Source: Patescibacteria group bacterium
GTDB taxonomy: Bacteria; Patescibacteriota; Microgenomatia; UBA8517
Length of the DNA stretch: 64,000 nt
Assembly: GCA_041742135.1 (NCBI GenBank)
Contig: JBGSJG010000008.1
Coordinates: 232,964 to 296,963, forward strand
Reading direction: 5' to 3'
Shown piece after piece: positions 19,914 through 29,767 of the stretch; within the stretch, counting starts at the first letter, position 1; each line of letters opens with the position of its first letter. The notes beneath the pieces were generated by a model. The model was not told where the DNA came from. It searched no databases and saw only the letters and a list, made by a program, of their open reading frames with translations. The translations under genes were made by a program, and so were the position numbers.

Positions 19914-20240
19914 TACGGTGCTCGAACCTATTTAGCCTGGATGACTATATCAAACCAGATCTAGTTTTACAATTTAACGTTCTTAAAGAGCAGATGAACA
20001 TTGATTCTTTTGCTACCTTTAACTAACCCGCTTGCAACATTTTACTTCTTCGATGCTTGTTTGTACAAGGTTATTACTGTTAATTAGTGTCATTTGCTTA
20101 CAAGACACTTCTGATATATTGTATAATACTTATTACCTTAATTAAAGAGATTTCTTAATTGTAGGAATTATCTAGCCTGTCCCTTGAGGATTCTGATCTC
20201 GCAAAAAAGATTAAGTAGAGTTATAGTTCAAGCAACTAAT

Positions 20241-20546
20241 ATGAGTAGTCCAAGTAAAAAGAAAAATCCACAATCTAAAATGACTGTTTTTGGGACCGCG
20301 CCAGTAAGTTCCAAAGGGCAGATTGTTATTCCGGCTAAACTACGAAAAGCACAAGACATAAAGGCTGGAGATACTCTTATTTTTACAGGTAATCCTGACG
20401 CTGGCCACTTCCATGTGCTCAGTGCAAATTCTTTCAAGGGCTTTACCGAAGACTTAAATAATCTTATTTTCAACGGAAATCAAAAGTTATCCGGCGAGCA
20501 AAAGAAGAGCGAAAAAGCTTCATCGAAACAAAAATCGAAAAGCTAA
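20241..20546 (+). CDS. AbrB/MazE/SpoVT family DNA-binding protein
   Basis: VSSKGQIVIPAKLRKAQDIKAGDTLIF swapped-hairpin motif. Confidence 0.88.
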   Translation: MSSPSKKKNPQSKMTVFGTAPVSSKGQIVIPAKLRKAQDIKAGDTLIFTGNPDAGHFHVLSANSFKGFTEDLNNLIFNGNQKLSGEQKKSEKASSKQKSKS

Positions 20547-20774
20547 ATCGACCAATATAGTGGCGACAGCTACTGCCACACTGACTTTCACTGCAATTGT
20601 ATTTACTTTGATTTTTAGATCATTTACGTCGTCTTGGATATGATGGAGATGGTTGTCTTTTATCTCTTTTAATTCCTTCCCAACAAACTTAAAGCCACCA
20701 TCCACCCGTTCTTCGAGTTTGGCTACTCGTTCATGCATCTGTACTGTATTTTCGTTAGCTTTTTGCATAGACAT
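20520..20774 (-). CDS. Phage small coiled-coil protein with C-terminal TM (XhlA/holin-like)
   Basis: ERVAKLEERV coiled coil and hydrophobic C-terminus, at the end of the lysis module. Confidence 0.6.
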   Translation of the reverse strand: MSMQKANENTVQMHERVAKLEERVDGGFKFVGKELKEIKDNHLHHIQDDVNDLKIKVNTIAVKVSVAVAVATILVDLAFRFLFR

Positions 20775-21037
20775 TAAAATGGTAGTTTGTCGATTGTGCT
20801 GTCCTTATCTTCAGTTCCAAAGGTGTCACGCAGTAATTTGCCGACAGAGTTAATTCCAGCAATTCCCCCTGATAAAAAGAATGGAAGGACAAGGCTGTTG
20901 AGAAATTTATCCCAATTTGTCAGTGCCTCGGGTTGTGCATTAACTAGCACCATAGAGCCGGTAAATAGAAATGCTGAAAGAAAGATGCGACCGAATCGCC
21001 ACAAGACTTTTTTCCATTCTGGATATTCATTGTTCAT
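20774..21037 (-). CDS. Putative holin
   Basis: Two TM segments, directly after the endolysin, with a GGAGGTGA SD before ATG 21037. Confidence 0.65.
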   Translation of the reverse strand: MNNEYPEWKKVLWRFGRIFLSAFLFTGSMVLVNAQPEALTNWDKFLNSLVLPFFLSGGIAGINSVGKLLRDTFGTEDKDSTIDKLPF

Positions 21038-22109
21038 ACTGATCACCTCCTTTATTCCTTATTAATGTTCCTAAATATTGAAATGCGAGAGAAAAAATAA
21101 TTTGCGGTGTTGGCTGAAGCGGTAGTTTGTCTTTTTGGCAGGTTTCAAACTTACTTTTAAATTCCTGAGCTTCGTTTAACGCTCGACCCTTGGCTTTATT
21201 TACCTCATCAAGCTCGTCTTCCAGTACCCCTATGCGAGCCTGAGCCAACGGTAGGGCATCTGAACCGTTTTTGAGCTGCTTATTTAGAGCGTCAATTAGG
21301 GATTTATAGTACTTTTCTTTATCTAGCAGTGACTTTTCCAGCCTGCTTACATGCTCAACCCTGTTTTCAATTTCCTGGTTAGCCTTGTCCAATTCTGATT
21401 GTTTATCATTTAGCTTGTTAGATAGGTCAGTTTCACGACTTTTATACCCTCCGATAACACTTTTAATTCTGTCACTGGGGGTAGTATTGGAGTCGTCATT
21501 TATCTCAAGTATCTTTAATGCTTCTGGCCACTTTGTAGCTGAGGCGACAATTTGTTCATATTTAATTCGCCATTCTGGAGTGTTCGGGATCAAACATCCT
21601 TCAGGGGTTGAAGTTGTACCTTTTTCTTTTTTGTATTTTCTCAATTCATCAAAAAACTCTTGAGGGTTGATGGCACCAAAATAACCATTGCTATAGTTGT
21701 CGCTGACAAACTTTCCATTTTGTAGCTGCCCACGCTTTACAGTGAGGTGAAGGTGACTCCCTGTGCTGTTGCCAGTGTTGTCACTGACAGCCATCTCATC
21801 GCCTTCATTTTTGTTTTCAAAATGCTCGATTGACTTACAGTGAGCGTATGTGAGCTTATAAGTGTTATAAAGCCGAACAATGACTTCAAAGTACAACCCA
21901 AAACCGTCGTTACCTTCATTGCCTTGGGCATAAAACTGTGACTTCCAGGAGGAAAAAATATATCTAAAACCTTGAGGAGTATCTGGAAACTTGGTTTTTA
22001 AATCCCAGCCATTATGCCCTTTAAGTCCAAAACGGGCATAGGCTTCTGGATTTCCTCCAAATCCTTGAGTAAGTTCAAATGGTTCTATTGGTCGAATAAT
22101 GTCAGACAT
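21027..22109 (-). CDS. M23 peptidase endolysin with coiled-coil tail
   Basis: HNGWD, YAH and GNSTGSHLH zinc motifs. Confidence 0.88.
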   Translation of the reverse strand: MSDIIRPIEPFELTQGFGGNPEAYARFGLKGHNGWDLKTKFPDTPQGFRYIFSSWKSQFYAQGNEGNDGFGLYFEVIVRLYNTYKLTYAHCKSIEHFENKNEGDEMAVSDNTGNSTGSHLHLTVKRGQLQNGKFVSDNYSNGYFGAINPQEFFDELRKYKKEKGTTSTPEGCLIPNTPEWRIKYEQIVASATKWPEALKILEINDDSNTTPSDRIKSVIGGYKSRETDLSNKLNDKQSELDKANQEIENRVEHVSRLEKSLLDKEKYYKSLIDALNKQLKNGSDALPLAQARIGVLEDELDEVNKAKGRALNEAQEFKSKFETCQKDKLPLQPTPQIIFSLAFQYLGTLIRNKGGDQYEQ

Positions 22110-22113
22110 ATGG

Positions 22114-25100
22114 TTATCGGTAAATCAAACTCTTTATACTTTGATTGTCCGTGGAACCTGGCGTTTGTTTCAATGGATTAAGTGTTGATCCCTGTCCATT
22201 ACTTTCACCATCTTGGGGAACTCCACCAGGAAGGGTTGTCTTTAGTAAACGCTGCAAGTCCGTTGCGCTAAAAGTAACACTGCTCTGGAATAAAGCGGCT
22301 TCTTTTGGGTCATCTTTCATTAACAGCGGAACCACTTGGGGGATGAGTTTTTCGGCTTCTTCGTTCCAACGCAAAGCCATCTGTTGAGCGCCTTGAAGGT
22401 CGCCAGCCTCTATCAGCTTTTTCATTTGCAAACGAGTCGTATTGTATCCAACTTCAGTATCGTATTTAATGTCCCAGGCTATTCGTTGCTTCTCACCACC
22501 GTGGGTTCTGTAAAAACGATCCATTGTTAGCCCAAGAACATCTGCAGGGCTCAACAGCTCGCGTGCCAGGCTTCCTGTAAGCCCATAAATGGCGTGAGTA
22601 AGCTTCATCGGGCTTACACCAAGTGCACGGCCGATTGTGATGGCTAAATCAGGCGTTCTGCTGTCATATTGTTCCGATGGTGCTACTTTATCCAATCTTC
22701 TGGGAACAACGGGAAAGCCTGTAAAGAAGTTGGTATTGGTCGCTATCTCTAGCGGGGTGCGAATAATTGGAGGGAGAGCTCCTGAGAAAAATGCTTGTGC
22801 AGATAACTCGCCGTCACGAGTGAATGGAACCGGCGCGAGCTGGCTCATCCATTCCAAACCAAGTTTAAATAAGTTCTGTGGCTCCTGTTTTCTGACATAT
22901 TCAAAGGCATACATTAAGGGATTAAAGAAGATTGCTCCGATATCGCCCTTTGGTATTTGAACAACTTTAGGCACACGGTTGCCTTCTTCGTCTTTGTCTT
23001 CACCGACAATAACGATGAAATAGGTGTCTTTTGCCCATTGAGGAATATCATCCCAGAGTTCTTCGTGGTTCATCACGTTATAAAAATAGGTTGCAATTCC
23101 AGGCAGGACTGTCAGTGCCATAGCCCGAGCAGCAGTTCGAACAGGATTATCTTTTAGCACTCGGCCGACATTTAGCAAACCCTGCCATCGAGCATTCACG
23201 AATGGGACCCACATATTGATCAAACGAGCTTCTACTCCAGATTTAGCAAAATCGACCGTGACATTTCGGGCTTCAAAGGCTGCCTCTAAAGGAGTAGCTC
23301 CTTTACTGATGGCTTTTTTGTATATTCCAAGTCGAGGAGCAAGTTCTATTGCCTCAGAAAAGTTACCAATCAGCTCAAACGGATTAATGACGGCTTTGGT
23401 TCTCTCCATCCATTTTGGACGAAATAATTGTTCCGATGCTGTTGCCAATCCCTTGCTGGATTCGATGTAACCACCGTACCCGCCTTGATTTCTCATAAAT
23501 TCGTCATAGGCTTTGGATTCCCATTTAAATGCTGAGCGGAACCCATCTTTAAATCCTGAAAGCCAAACAGCAGGATTGAAGCCATACTTTGATACTAGTG
23601 TGGCTGTTTGATAGTCACGAACGGCATTAGATAGGGTGAACGGGAAATAGAGCGTTGTAGTTCCTGCTTTAAATGCTTTTGAAGATAGCATGACTAGCTT
23701 GCCCATCAAGCCAGCTTGAGCTGGACTCATGGCATGCATTGCTTCCGATAAATCTTTTGGCACCGCCCAACGTGTAACTTTGCCGCCAATAAAAACGCTG
23801 ACAGACTCCCATTCCTGCGGAGCATTTTCTCCTTCGGGTAAATATCGTATTAAACCTCTGGTAGCATCAGGATGTGTTTTCCTTAAATCAACGAGTTTAA
23901 GTGCAACCTTGTTTCTCTCCACCAGACTTACAGCTTTTGTTAGATTATCGATAATTGAAATAAATGGATCACGGATGATTTTGTCAGTTCCCTCCAAAGC
24001 GCTAACTACTCCTTGTTTGCTAACAGAAAACGTTTCTGAGCCGATGACCATTTTATCGGCTTCTTCCAGGGTGGGAATAAATTCTAAAACATGGAATGGT
24101 AGCCAATTTTTATTCTTTTCTACAACGGCATTAAAGGCTTTGTTGCTCAAAATACCAACATCTCTCATCGGCTCTAAAATTGCCTTAATCGCCCAATTCT
24201 GCATACCGTTACCAACTTGTTCAAACGTCTGGAAAGACTTATCACCCACCTTATTTTTCAATTCTTTAAGAGCTTCTTCTGCTGTGTGTTGAGTCACTCC
24301 AAGAGGGTTTTCGATTCCTCTTGCAGCTCTTTCTGAGGTTCTTTGCGCCAAAATATAGCGGGTAAAGTCTGCCCTCATTTTTCTCACTGGCTGGATGATT
24401 CCGTAGAGATCTCGAAAGTTACCTTCCACGATGCCAAAGCGACCGGCATACATTCTGGCTCCTACATACGGACTCGAGTTTATATCGATGGGTTTTCCTT
24501 GGAGTTTGCTCACTTTGTTTTCAAACTCACGAATAGGAGCGAATCGATCAGTAAAAAGACGGGGAAAGACTTCCATTGCCTTTTTTGCTTTATCTAGCAA
24601 ATTGGCAGCTGGTGACAATTTACCAACCATAGCATCAATTTGTTTTAAAGCGCTTCCGTCAGGTGGTGGGCTATCTGATCCGATAGGAATTTCTTGAGGA
24701 GGTCTGGGTGGAGTGCCGGGTGGTGCTGATACAAGCTCATCAGCTCTTTGAGTCTCTGGGGCAACAACGTTCCCATTTCTTCGTTCCTGGAATACCGGCT
24801 CATTGGAAACTTCCTTAGGATCAGGGGCACGCTCAGCTTGCTGCAACTCAACTTCTTCCGATTTTTTATATTTTTCTCTGATTTCGGCTGCTTTTACTGC
24901 GACTTTCTCATCTTTAGATAACTTTTCCATTAGACCTAAAGCTTCAGCGTCTTGAGGTTGATTTGTTACTGAATTAATAGTCGGTGTTTGATCTCTGAAA
25001 GCTTTATCGTATCCACGGCGAAAAGTTTCCAGAGACCCTTCTTTGTCAGAGTAAACCTTGGTTACTCTTACGTCTTTGGGGTTGAGGGCAACCAATAAAT

Positions 25101-27126
25101 CAGCTTCACCGGCCGCTTTAAGAACTACGGAGTCATATCCCGCTTTTCTGAGAGCAGCATCTACCAACAATCTTGCTGTTTTATCTTTTATATAGGTGTC
25201 TATACTCTGATCAAGGTTGGTTTTACCAAGTACTTTATGTATAAACTTGCCCCATTCACCAGCGCCAAAACCCATAAACTTCTGTGGCAGGTCAATAATG
25301 AATGGCTTCTTTGGTGTAAATTCAGTCTCAATGATTGCCAAGTTTGCGCCCATTCCAGATGGATCAGCACGTTTACCATAAAAAAGAGCACCAGACATCG
25401 CACCTTTATTTCCTGGTTGTAAATAAACCCCTTCGCCATATTTTCTTCCGCCAGAGGCACTAAAAGTCTCGGCTTCTGGAACTTTGAATCCAGTTTTTTG
25501 AATGATGTCTGCAATTGCTCTGGTGGTACCGTGATAAGAAATTACTGGTTTGTTTGGCACAATATCACCGGCTTGTTTTGCTAAAGCCAAACCTCGCTCA
25601 TAGCCCTCCTGAAGTATCTGCTTCCCCGATTCAATGCTGGAATATCTTTTCTTTATCCATTCAGGGATACGTTCAAATGTTTCATCAATTGTTTGTCGCA
25701 ATTCTGGCTGAGTTGTTTGCTTACTTGTTGAAGCTGCAGGTTTGGAAGGTGTGACGTCTATCTTGTTTTCCATGGCCACCGTCACTAAGTCGGCATCAGT
25801 CAATTCAGCAACTTTACCTAATCTGGTTTTTGCACTTTGACCGCCAAGACTGGTAACGATTTCATTTCTCTGGGCATCATTTAATGTGGCTCTAATGGAT
25901 AACCCTGCAGGCATATTTCTGACTGCTCGCACCACAATTGCACGCTTATTCGGGACATCTCTCCAAAGTTGGTAGTACAGATCCTGAAACTCCTGTCTGA
26001 ATGTCTTACCTGTATATCCCGTTGGATTACTTACCTTTGATAAAAACTCGTAGGCACGATTGGCAGTATTCCATGCTTGATTAAACTGTCCCATCTCTTG
26101 AGGAGTTTGCTTGGCTTGAGCTGGAAATTGCTTGGTAATATTAACCACCTTGCTTTTCCAAGCTTGTTTGATTTCTAGAGCGGTAGCTTTTTCATTAACT
26201 CCCAAGTATTCCAACGCTTGATTCTTGGTAATTTTTAACTGCTCGCCGGCTATTTTTTCAATTTGTTTTTCAGCAGCTGATTTGTTTGGAAGATATTTAG
26301 CTACGGCGAAATTAAGCGAATGTAATCCCATCATTGCAGCTGTATTTTTGAGAGCGTCCTCACTCGATTCACCCTTTATAAGCGAAGTTACATAAGTGGC
26401 TGGTCCGATAATGGCGGAGGATTTTATAAACGAGGGCTTCATTCCGGCAATGGAAAACGCACCTCCAAGAGCAAAATCGCTTACAAAATCTTTTGAACGT
26501 TGCTGTGCATCTTTGTGCGCTTCTTCTTTCTGTAGTTGAGTTAACCCTGCGAATGTCAGCCCATTTGAGAGAACACTAAAAGTTTTCGGAGCAATTGTTG
26601 CTACTCTACCTAAAAGAGGCACTCCTTTAAGGGCACCTTGCACCAGTCCGCCTCCAACTACAAAGGTACCAATGGTTCCCAAGACGTTAAACTCAACCTC
26701 AGTCATTTTTCCGGCCATTTCTTCAACGTCATTGGCGTATTTGATTTCCGGATCCCACCAGCCAAAAGTTAGTGCTTGTGCCAATCCATCTCCGGCACCC
26801 TTGAGTGCACCAATTGTTGCTTTAGGAAGGCGTTCAAGCACGTCTGTATCACGCGCCCCGAAACCAAGAGTTTGTGCCGTGGCTTCAACATAAATGTTCT
26901 TGAATGGCTTATATGACCCAACGGTTGGTCCTGGAATAGAGAACTCACTTTGTTCAGGTTTTAGCTTTTCTAGTGGGGTCAGAATATCTTCAATTTTCTG
27001 AGAGCCTATTTTCGCCACTTTACCAACAGTCTTTTGAGACTTACCAAACAAATCACCAATTGTCTGTCCGGTCGCTTGGATAGATGAGGTGATATTGGTT
27101 TTGAGATTACTTAGAAAGTTGTCCAT
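22114..27126 (-). CDS. Large polyvalent / internal virion (ejection) protein: J-like domain, ART-like domain, C-terminal LPD38-like domain
   Basis: 1670 aa. ALEYLGV...EIKQAW...NRAYEFL; YHGT...YGEGVYL...GYDSV; W.KDTYF...QIPKG...P.IE..TN.NFFTG.PVVP. Confidence 0.75.
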   Translation of the reverse strand: MDNFLSNLKTNITSSIQATGQTIGDLFGKSQKTVGKVAKIGSQKIEDILTPLEKLKPEQSEFSIPGPTVGSYKPFKNIYVEATAQTLGFGARDTDVLERLPKATIGALKGAGDGLAQALTFGWWDPEIKYANDVEEMAGKMTEVEFNVLGTIGTFVVGGGLVQGALKGVPLLGRVATIAPKTFSVLSNGLTFAGLTQLQKEEAHKDAQQRSKDFVSDFALGGAFSIAGMKPSFIKSSAIIGPATYVTSLIKGESSEDALKNTAAMMGLHSLNFAVAKYLPNKSAAEKQIEKIAGEQLKITKNQALEYLGVNEKATALEIKQAWKSKVVNITKQFPAQAKQTPQEMGQFNQAWNTANRAYEFLSKVSNPTGYTGKTFRQEFQDLYYQLWRDVPNKRAIVVRAVRNMPAGLSIRATLNDAQRNEIVTSLGGQSAKTRLGKVAELTDADLVTVAMENKIDVTPSKPAASTSKQTTQPELRQTIDETFERIPEWIKKRYSSIESGKQILQEGYERGLALAKQAGDIVPNKPVISYHGTTRAIADIIQKTGFKVPEAETFSASGGRKYGEGVYLQPGNKGAMSGALFYGKRADPSGMGANLAIIETEFTPKKPFIIDLPQKFMGFGAGEWGKFIHKVLGKTNLDQSIDTYIKDKTARLLVDAALRKAGYDSVVLKAAGEADLLVALNPKDVRVTKVYSDKEGSLETFRRGYDKAFRDQTPTINSVTNQPQDAEALGLMEKLSKDEKVAVKAAEIREKYKKSEEVELQQAERAPDPKEVSNEPVFQERRNGNVVAPETQRADELVSAPPGTPPRPPQEIPIGSDSPPPDGSALKQIDAMVGKLSPAANLLDKAKKAMEVFPRLFTDRFAPIREFENKVSKLQGKPIDINSSPYVGARMYAGRFGIVEGNFRDLYGIIQPVRKMRADFTRYILAQRTSERAARGIENPLGVTQHTAEEALKELKNKVGDKSFQTFEQVGNGMQNWAIKAILEPMRDVGILSNKAFNAVVEKNKNWLPFHVLEFIPTLEEADKMVIGSETFSVSKQGVVSALEGTDKIIRDPFISIIDNLTKAVSLVERNKVALKLVDLRKTHPDATRGLIRYLPEGENAPQEWESVSVFIGGKVTRWAVPKDLSEAMHAMSPAQAGLMGKLVMLSSKAFKAGTTTLYFPFTLSNAVRDYQTATLVSKYGFNPAVWLSGFKDGFRSAFKWESKAYDEFMRNQGGYGGYIESSKGLATASEQLFRPKWMERTKAVINPFELIGNFSEAIELAPRLGIYKKAISKGATPLEAAFEARNVTVDFAKSGVEARLINMWVPFVNARWQGLLNVGRVLKDNPVRTAARAMALTVLPGIATYFYNVMNHEELWDDIPQWAKDTYFIVIVGEDKDEEGNRVPKVVQIPKGDIGAIFFNPLMYAFEYVRKQEPQNLFKLGLEWMSQLAPVPFTRDGELSAQAFFSGALPPIIRTPLEIATNTNFFTGFPVVPRRLDKVAPSEQYDSRTPDLAITIGRALGVSPMKLTHAIYGLTGSLARELLSPADVLGLTMDRFYRTHGGEKQRIAWDIKYDTEVGYNTTRLQMKKLIEAGDLQGAQQMALRWNEEAEKLIPQVVPLLMKDDPKEAALFQSSVTFSATDLQRLLKTTLPGGVPQDGESNGQGSTLNPLKQTPGSTDNQSIKSLIYR

Positions 27127-27131
27127 AATTT

Positions 27132-28202
27132 TTATACTCCAGGCGTAAATAAGCGTCTTAAGAAACCCATTACTCCAGGCTGATTTTTAAGTTGCCATTC
27201 TTCATCGATAATGCTTGATGCGTTTTTACCTTTATCTGTACTGACACTTGAAAGATTTGTCTTTAATTGATCCGGAGTAAAGCCTTGCTTCCAAGCGGAA
27301 CGTATTTCAGTACGTAGATCGCCTTCATTTACAGTTGTACCTGTTGATTCTTCAGAGGGTTGCTCGTATAAACTGGTAGTTCCCAATGATGGATCAAAGA
27401 AGCCTATGACGTTCCCAAAGGCATCTTTGACTTGCTGTTTGGCATAAGTACTGCTTGAACCACCGGCTTTTGACCGATTAGTCTGGGCTTCATAGAGCTT
27501 TAGTTCAAACTCTTTTTCCCAGCGATCCTCCTCTTTAGCTGCCGATAGCTCAGACGACCTTACTTGGTTGTAGGTGTTGACCAATCCACCCAAAAATTGA
27601 AGATCATAACGAAGATTGTTTAACTTAGCTTCCTTACCCTGGGTTTCCAAAGCAACCTTGCGAGTTATTTCACCAAGGCGGGCATTATAGTCCTCAGCTT
27701 TAGCATTTCTCTCCTGAATGAAATTGTTGATTTTTGCATTAGCTAGCCTTTGCACCTCACCCGACTCTCCGGTTATAGTGGCTGCCGAGTAACCGGGATT
27801 TTTTCTTATTTTGCTGACTGATTCATCACGAACATTTTTCTCAGCAGCAATGTCAGTGTCTAGAGTAGAGATAGTATCTTTGAGTGTGTCTAATTTTGCT
27901 TTGCTGTATTCCTCGTCATATCGCTTTGTTTGATATCCTTCCAAGTCACCAGAAAGATCCTGAGCTTGTTTATAGGTGTTCTGAAACTTAGTGTTGAGTG
28001 TTCCAATATCAAAACCCAGAATCTTATCTGAGCCACCGCCTAATTCAGAAAGTCCTGTACTAAGATTTGAAATAGATTGTTGCTTTGTTGGTTCATCACC
28101 ATCAGACCAGACATCTTTACCTGAAGAGTCAGTACCCCACCAGCGAAGAGCCTTGTCTTGATTGGGTTGCCAGTACCAGCCGCCGTATTGTTTGTCTGCC
28201 AT
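27132..28202 (-). CDS. Phage coiled-coil virion/ejection protein
   Basis: Helical 356-aa ORF directly upstream of the giant protein, with a GGAGGTG SD. Confidence 0.55.
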   Translation of the reverse strand: MADKQYGGWYWQPNQDKALRWWGTDSSGKDVWSDGDEPTKQQSISNLSTGLSELGGGSDKILGFDIGTLNTKFQNTYKQAQDLSGDLEGYQTKRYDEEYSKAKLDTLKDTISTLDTDIAAEKNVRDESVSKIRKNPGYSAATITGESGEVQRLANAKINNFIQERNAKAEDYNARLGEITRKVALETQGKEAKLNNLRYDLQFLGGLVNTYNQVRSSELSAAKEEDRWEKEFELKLYEAQTNRSKAGGSSSTYAKQQVKDAFGNVIGFFDPSLGTTSLYEQPSEESTGTTVNEGDLRTEIRSAWKQGFTPDQLKTNLSSVSTDKGKNASSIIDEEWQLKNQPGVMGFLRRLFTPGV

Positions 28203-28448
28203 TTACGACACACCTCCTTTCTGGTCACCAGATTTGCTTGGAACTATCTGATTAATTCTTCCGGTACCAAGGTCAAATGTGTATTCGGTATTAGCATCCA
28301 AGCCATACTTGAAATACTTATTTACCAACCAGCGATCTTTTTGTGCTTCTAAAGCTTGGACCACTAGTTTGTATTGATTGATCATCTGCATCCTGGCCTG
28401 CAGTTCATCAAGATCTGATTTGTCGAGTTTTTTAGTTTTTTTGAACAT
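28203..28448 (-). CDS. Phage hypothetical protein
   Basis: Tightly packed ORF in the minus-strand operon. Confidence 0.6.
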   Translation of the reverse strand: MFKKTKKLDKSDLDELQARMQMINQYKLVVQALEAQKDRWLVNKYFKYGLDANTEYTFDLGTGRINQIVPSKSGDQKGGVS

Positions 28449-29763
28449 ATGACTTAATCTCCTCTCTGCCCAACATAGAGACGAACCTTCGCCGGTAATC
28501 GGCTATTTCTTCCTCTATATTTGGACCGCCACGTTTCCTCATAAGGCTTACCTGGTGTTCAAGATATTTCTGCTTGAAAACTGTTTCGTCTTCACCGCTT
28601 TGTTTGAGTAATGGTTCACCTTCCGGTTCAAAGTCGAAATCAAAGTACCCATCACGAACGGTATAGACGCAGAAATCAAACGCTACGTTAGATACACCAA
28701 TGAGCAACTCTTTTACTAAGAGGTACTCATTTGTCAGTTCTGAGATATACAAACCGTTACAATCGGCTCGGGGAGTCAAGTATGCAGTGATATTTCGGGG
28801 ATCGCTGACCGCTATAAAGTGGTCTGGGAAGTCAATTCGTGTCTGTCCGTTACTGAGATTTGCTGTTCCTCGATAAACGAGGAGAACTTCTGCTGCCTCA
28901 ATCCCAGTATACACCAATCTATGGCCCTTTTTCCGGGGGTGCGGGATAGAGAAATTCGAAGTACCTGTTTTATTAATGTTTCCGGCCACATTTAGAGCTT
29001 CAAGGCCAGACATCAGGATATTGACCGAGTTGAAGTAGCCTGTACCACCATAAATTCTCTCAGCACTCATCTGACCTGCATTCACTTTGCCGGCGTTTAA
29101 ATCATTAACTTCTGCATTGGTGACTGCCAAGTCCTGAATTTTAGCCGTGCTGATGGCTGCGTTTGCAATCCGAGAGTTGCCGACCTCTAGAGCACCTATC
29201 TTTGCGTTAGTGATTGAAGCATCTGCGATCTCGGCATTCGTTACAGCTGCATCCTGGATTTTGGCTGTACTAATAGCGGCATTTGCTATTCGAGAGTTGC
29301 CGACTTCCAAAGCGCCAATCTTTGCATTGGTAATAGCTGCATCGGCGATCTCAGCGTTTGTGATGGCTGCCGTTTGAATTTTTGCTGTTGATATGGCTGC
29401 GTTGGCTATGCGAGAGTTGGTAATCTGCGCCAGGCCTATATGAGCTGTGAGAATAATGGCTTCTTCGATCTGAGCGGAGAGAGTGATAACGGACCCTGCT
29501 TTATAAACTTTTGCGGCAGTAATGGCATCATCTTTTATTTTTTGAGTTGCTACAGCGGCATCTGCCAATTTTTGTTCAGTGACAGAAAAGTCACTCAGCT
29601 CTGTATCGCTCACGGCACCTGGTTTTATATTGACGCTGTCAACTGAATTTGGAGCTAGCAGGGGGGAATCAACCCCATTATGGCCATGTGGCACGACCTC
29701 AGGAAATGGTTGATCCTGAACTTTCTTGTTTTCTAGTACTTTATCTATTTGTTTGGTTAGCAT
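28432..29763 (-). CDS. Tail fibre/spike-like protein with 10-aa repeats and C-terminal chaperone-like domain
   Basis: H.H.G.DS motif, AITNAKIxx repeats, and F.I.HP...L.Y..IE...RG...L..G C-terminal domain. Confidence 0.7.
   Translation of the reverse strand: MLTKQIDKVLENKKVQDQPFPEVVPHGHNGVDSPLLAPNSVDSVNIKPGAVSDTELSDFSVTEQKLADAAVATQKIKDDAITAAKVYKAGSVITLSAQIEEAIILTAHIGLAQITNSRIANAAISTAKIQTAAITNAEIADAAITNAKIGALEVGNSRIANAAISTAKIQDAAVTNAEIADASITNAKIGALEVGNSRIANAAISTAKIQDLAVTNAEVNDLNAGKVNAGQMSAERIYGGTGYFNSVNILMSGLEALNVAGNINKTGTSNFSIPHPRKKGHRLVYTGIEAAEVLLVYRGTANLSNGQTRIDFPDHFIAVSDPRNITAYLTPRADCNGLYISELTNEYLLVKELLIGVSNVAFDFCVYTVRDGYFDFDFEPEGEPLLKQSGEDETVFKQKYLEHQVSLMRKRGGPNIEEEIADYRRRFVSMLGREEIKSYVQKN
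29100..29420 (-). repeat. Tandem 120-bp (40-aa) intragenic repeat
   Basis: CGAGAGTTG recurs at 29171, 29291 and 29411. Unit is NSRIANAAISTAKIQxAAxTNAEIADAxITNAKIGALEVG. Confidence 0.9.
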
Positions 29764-29767
29764 AGTT

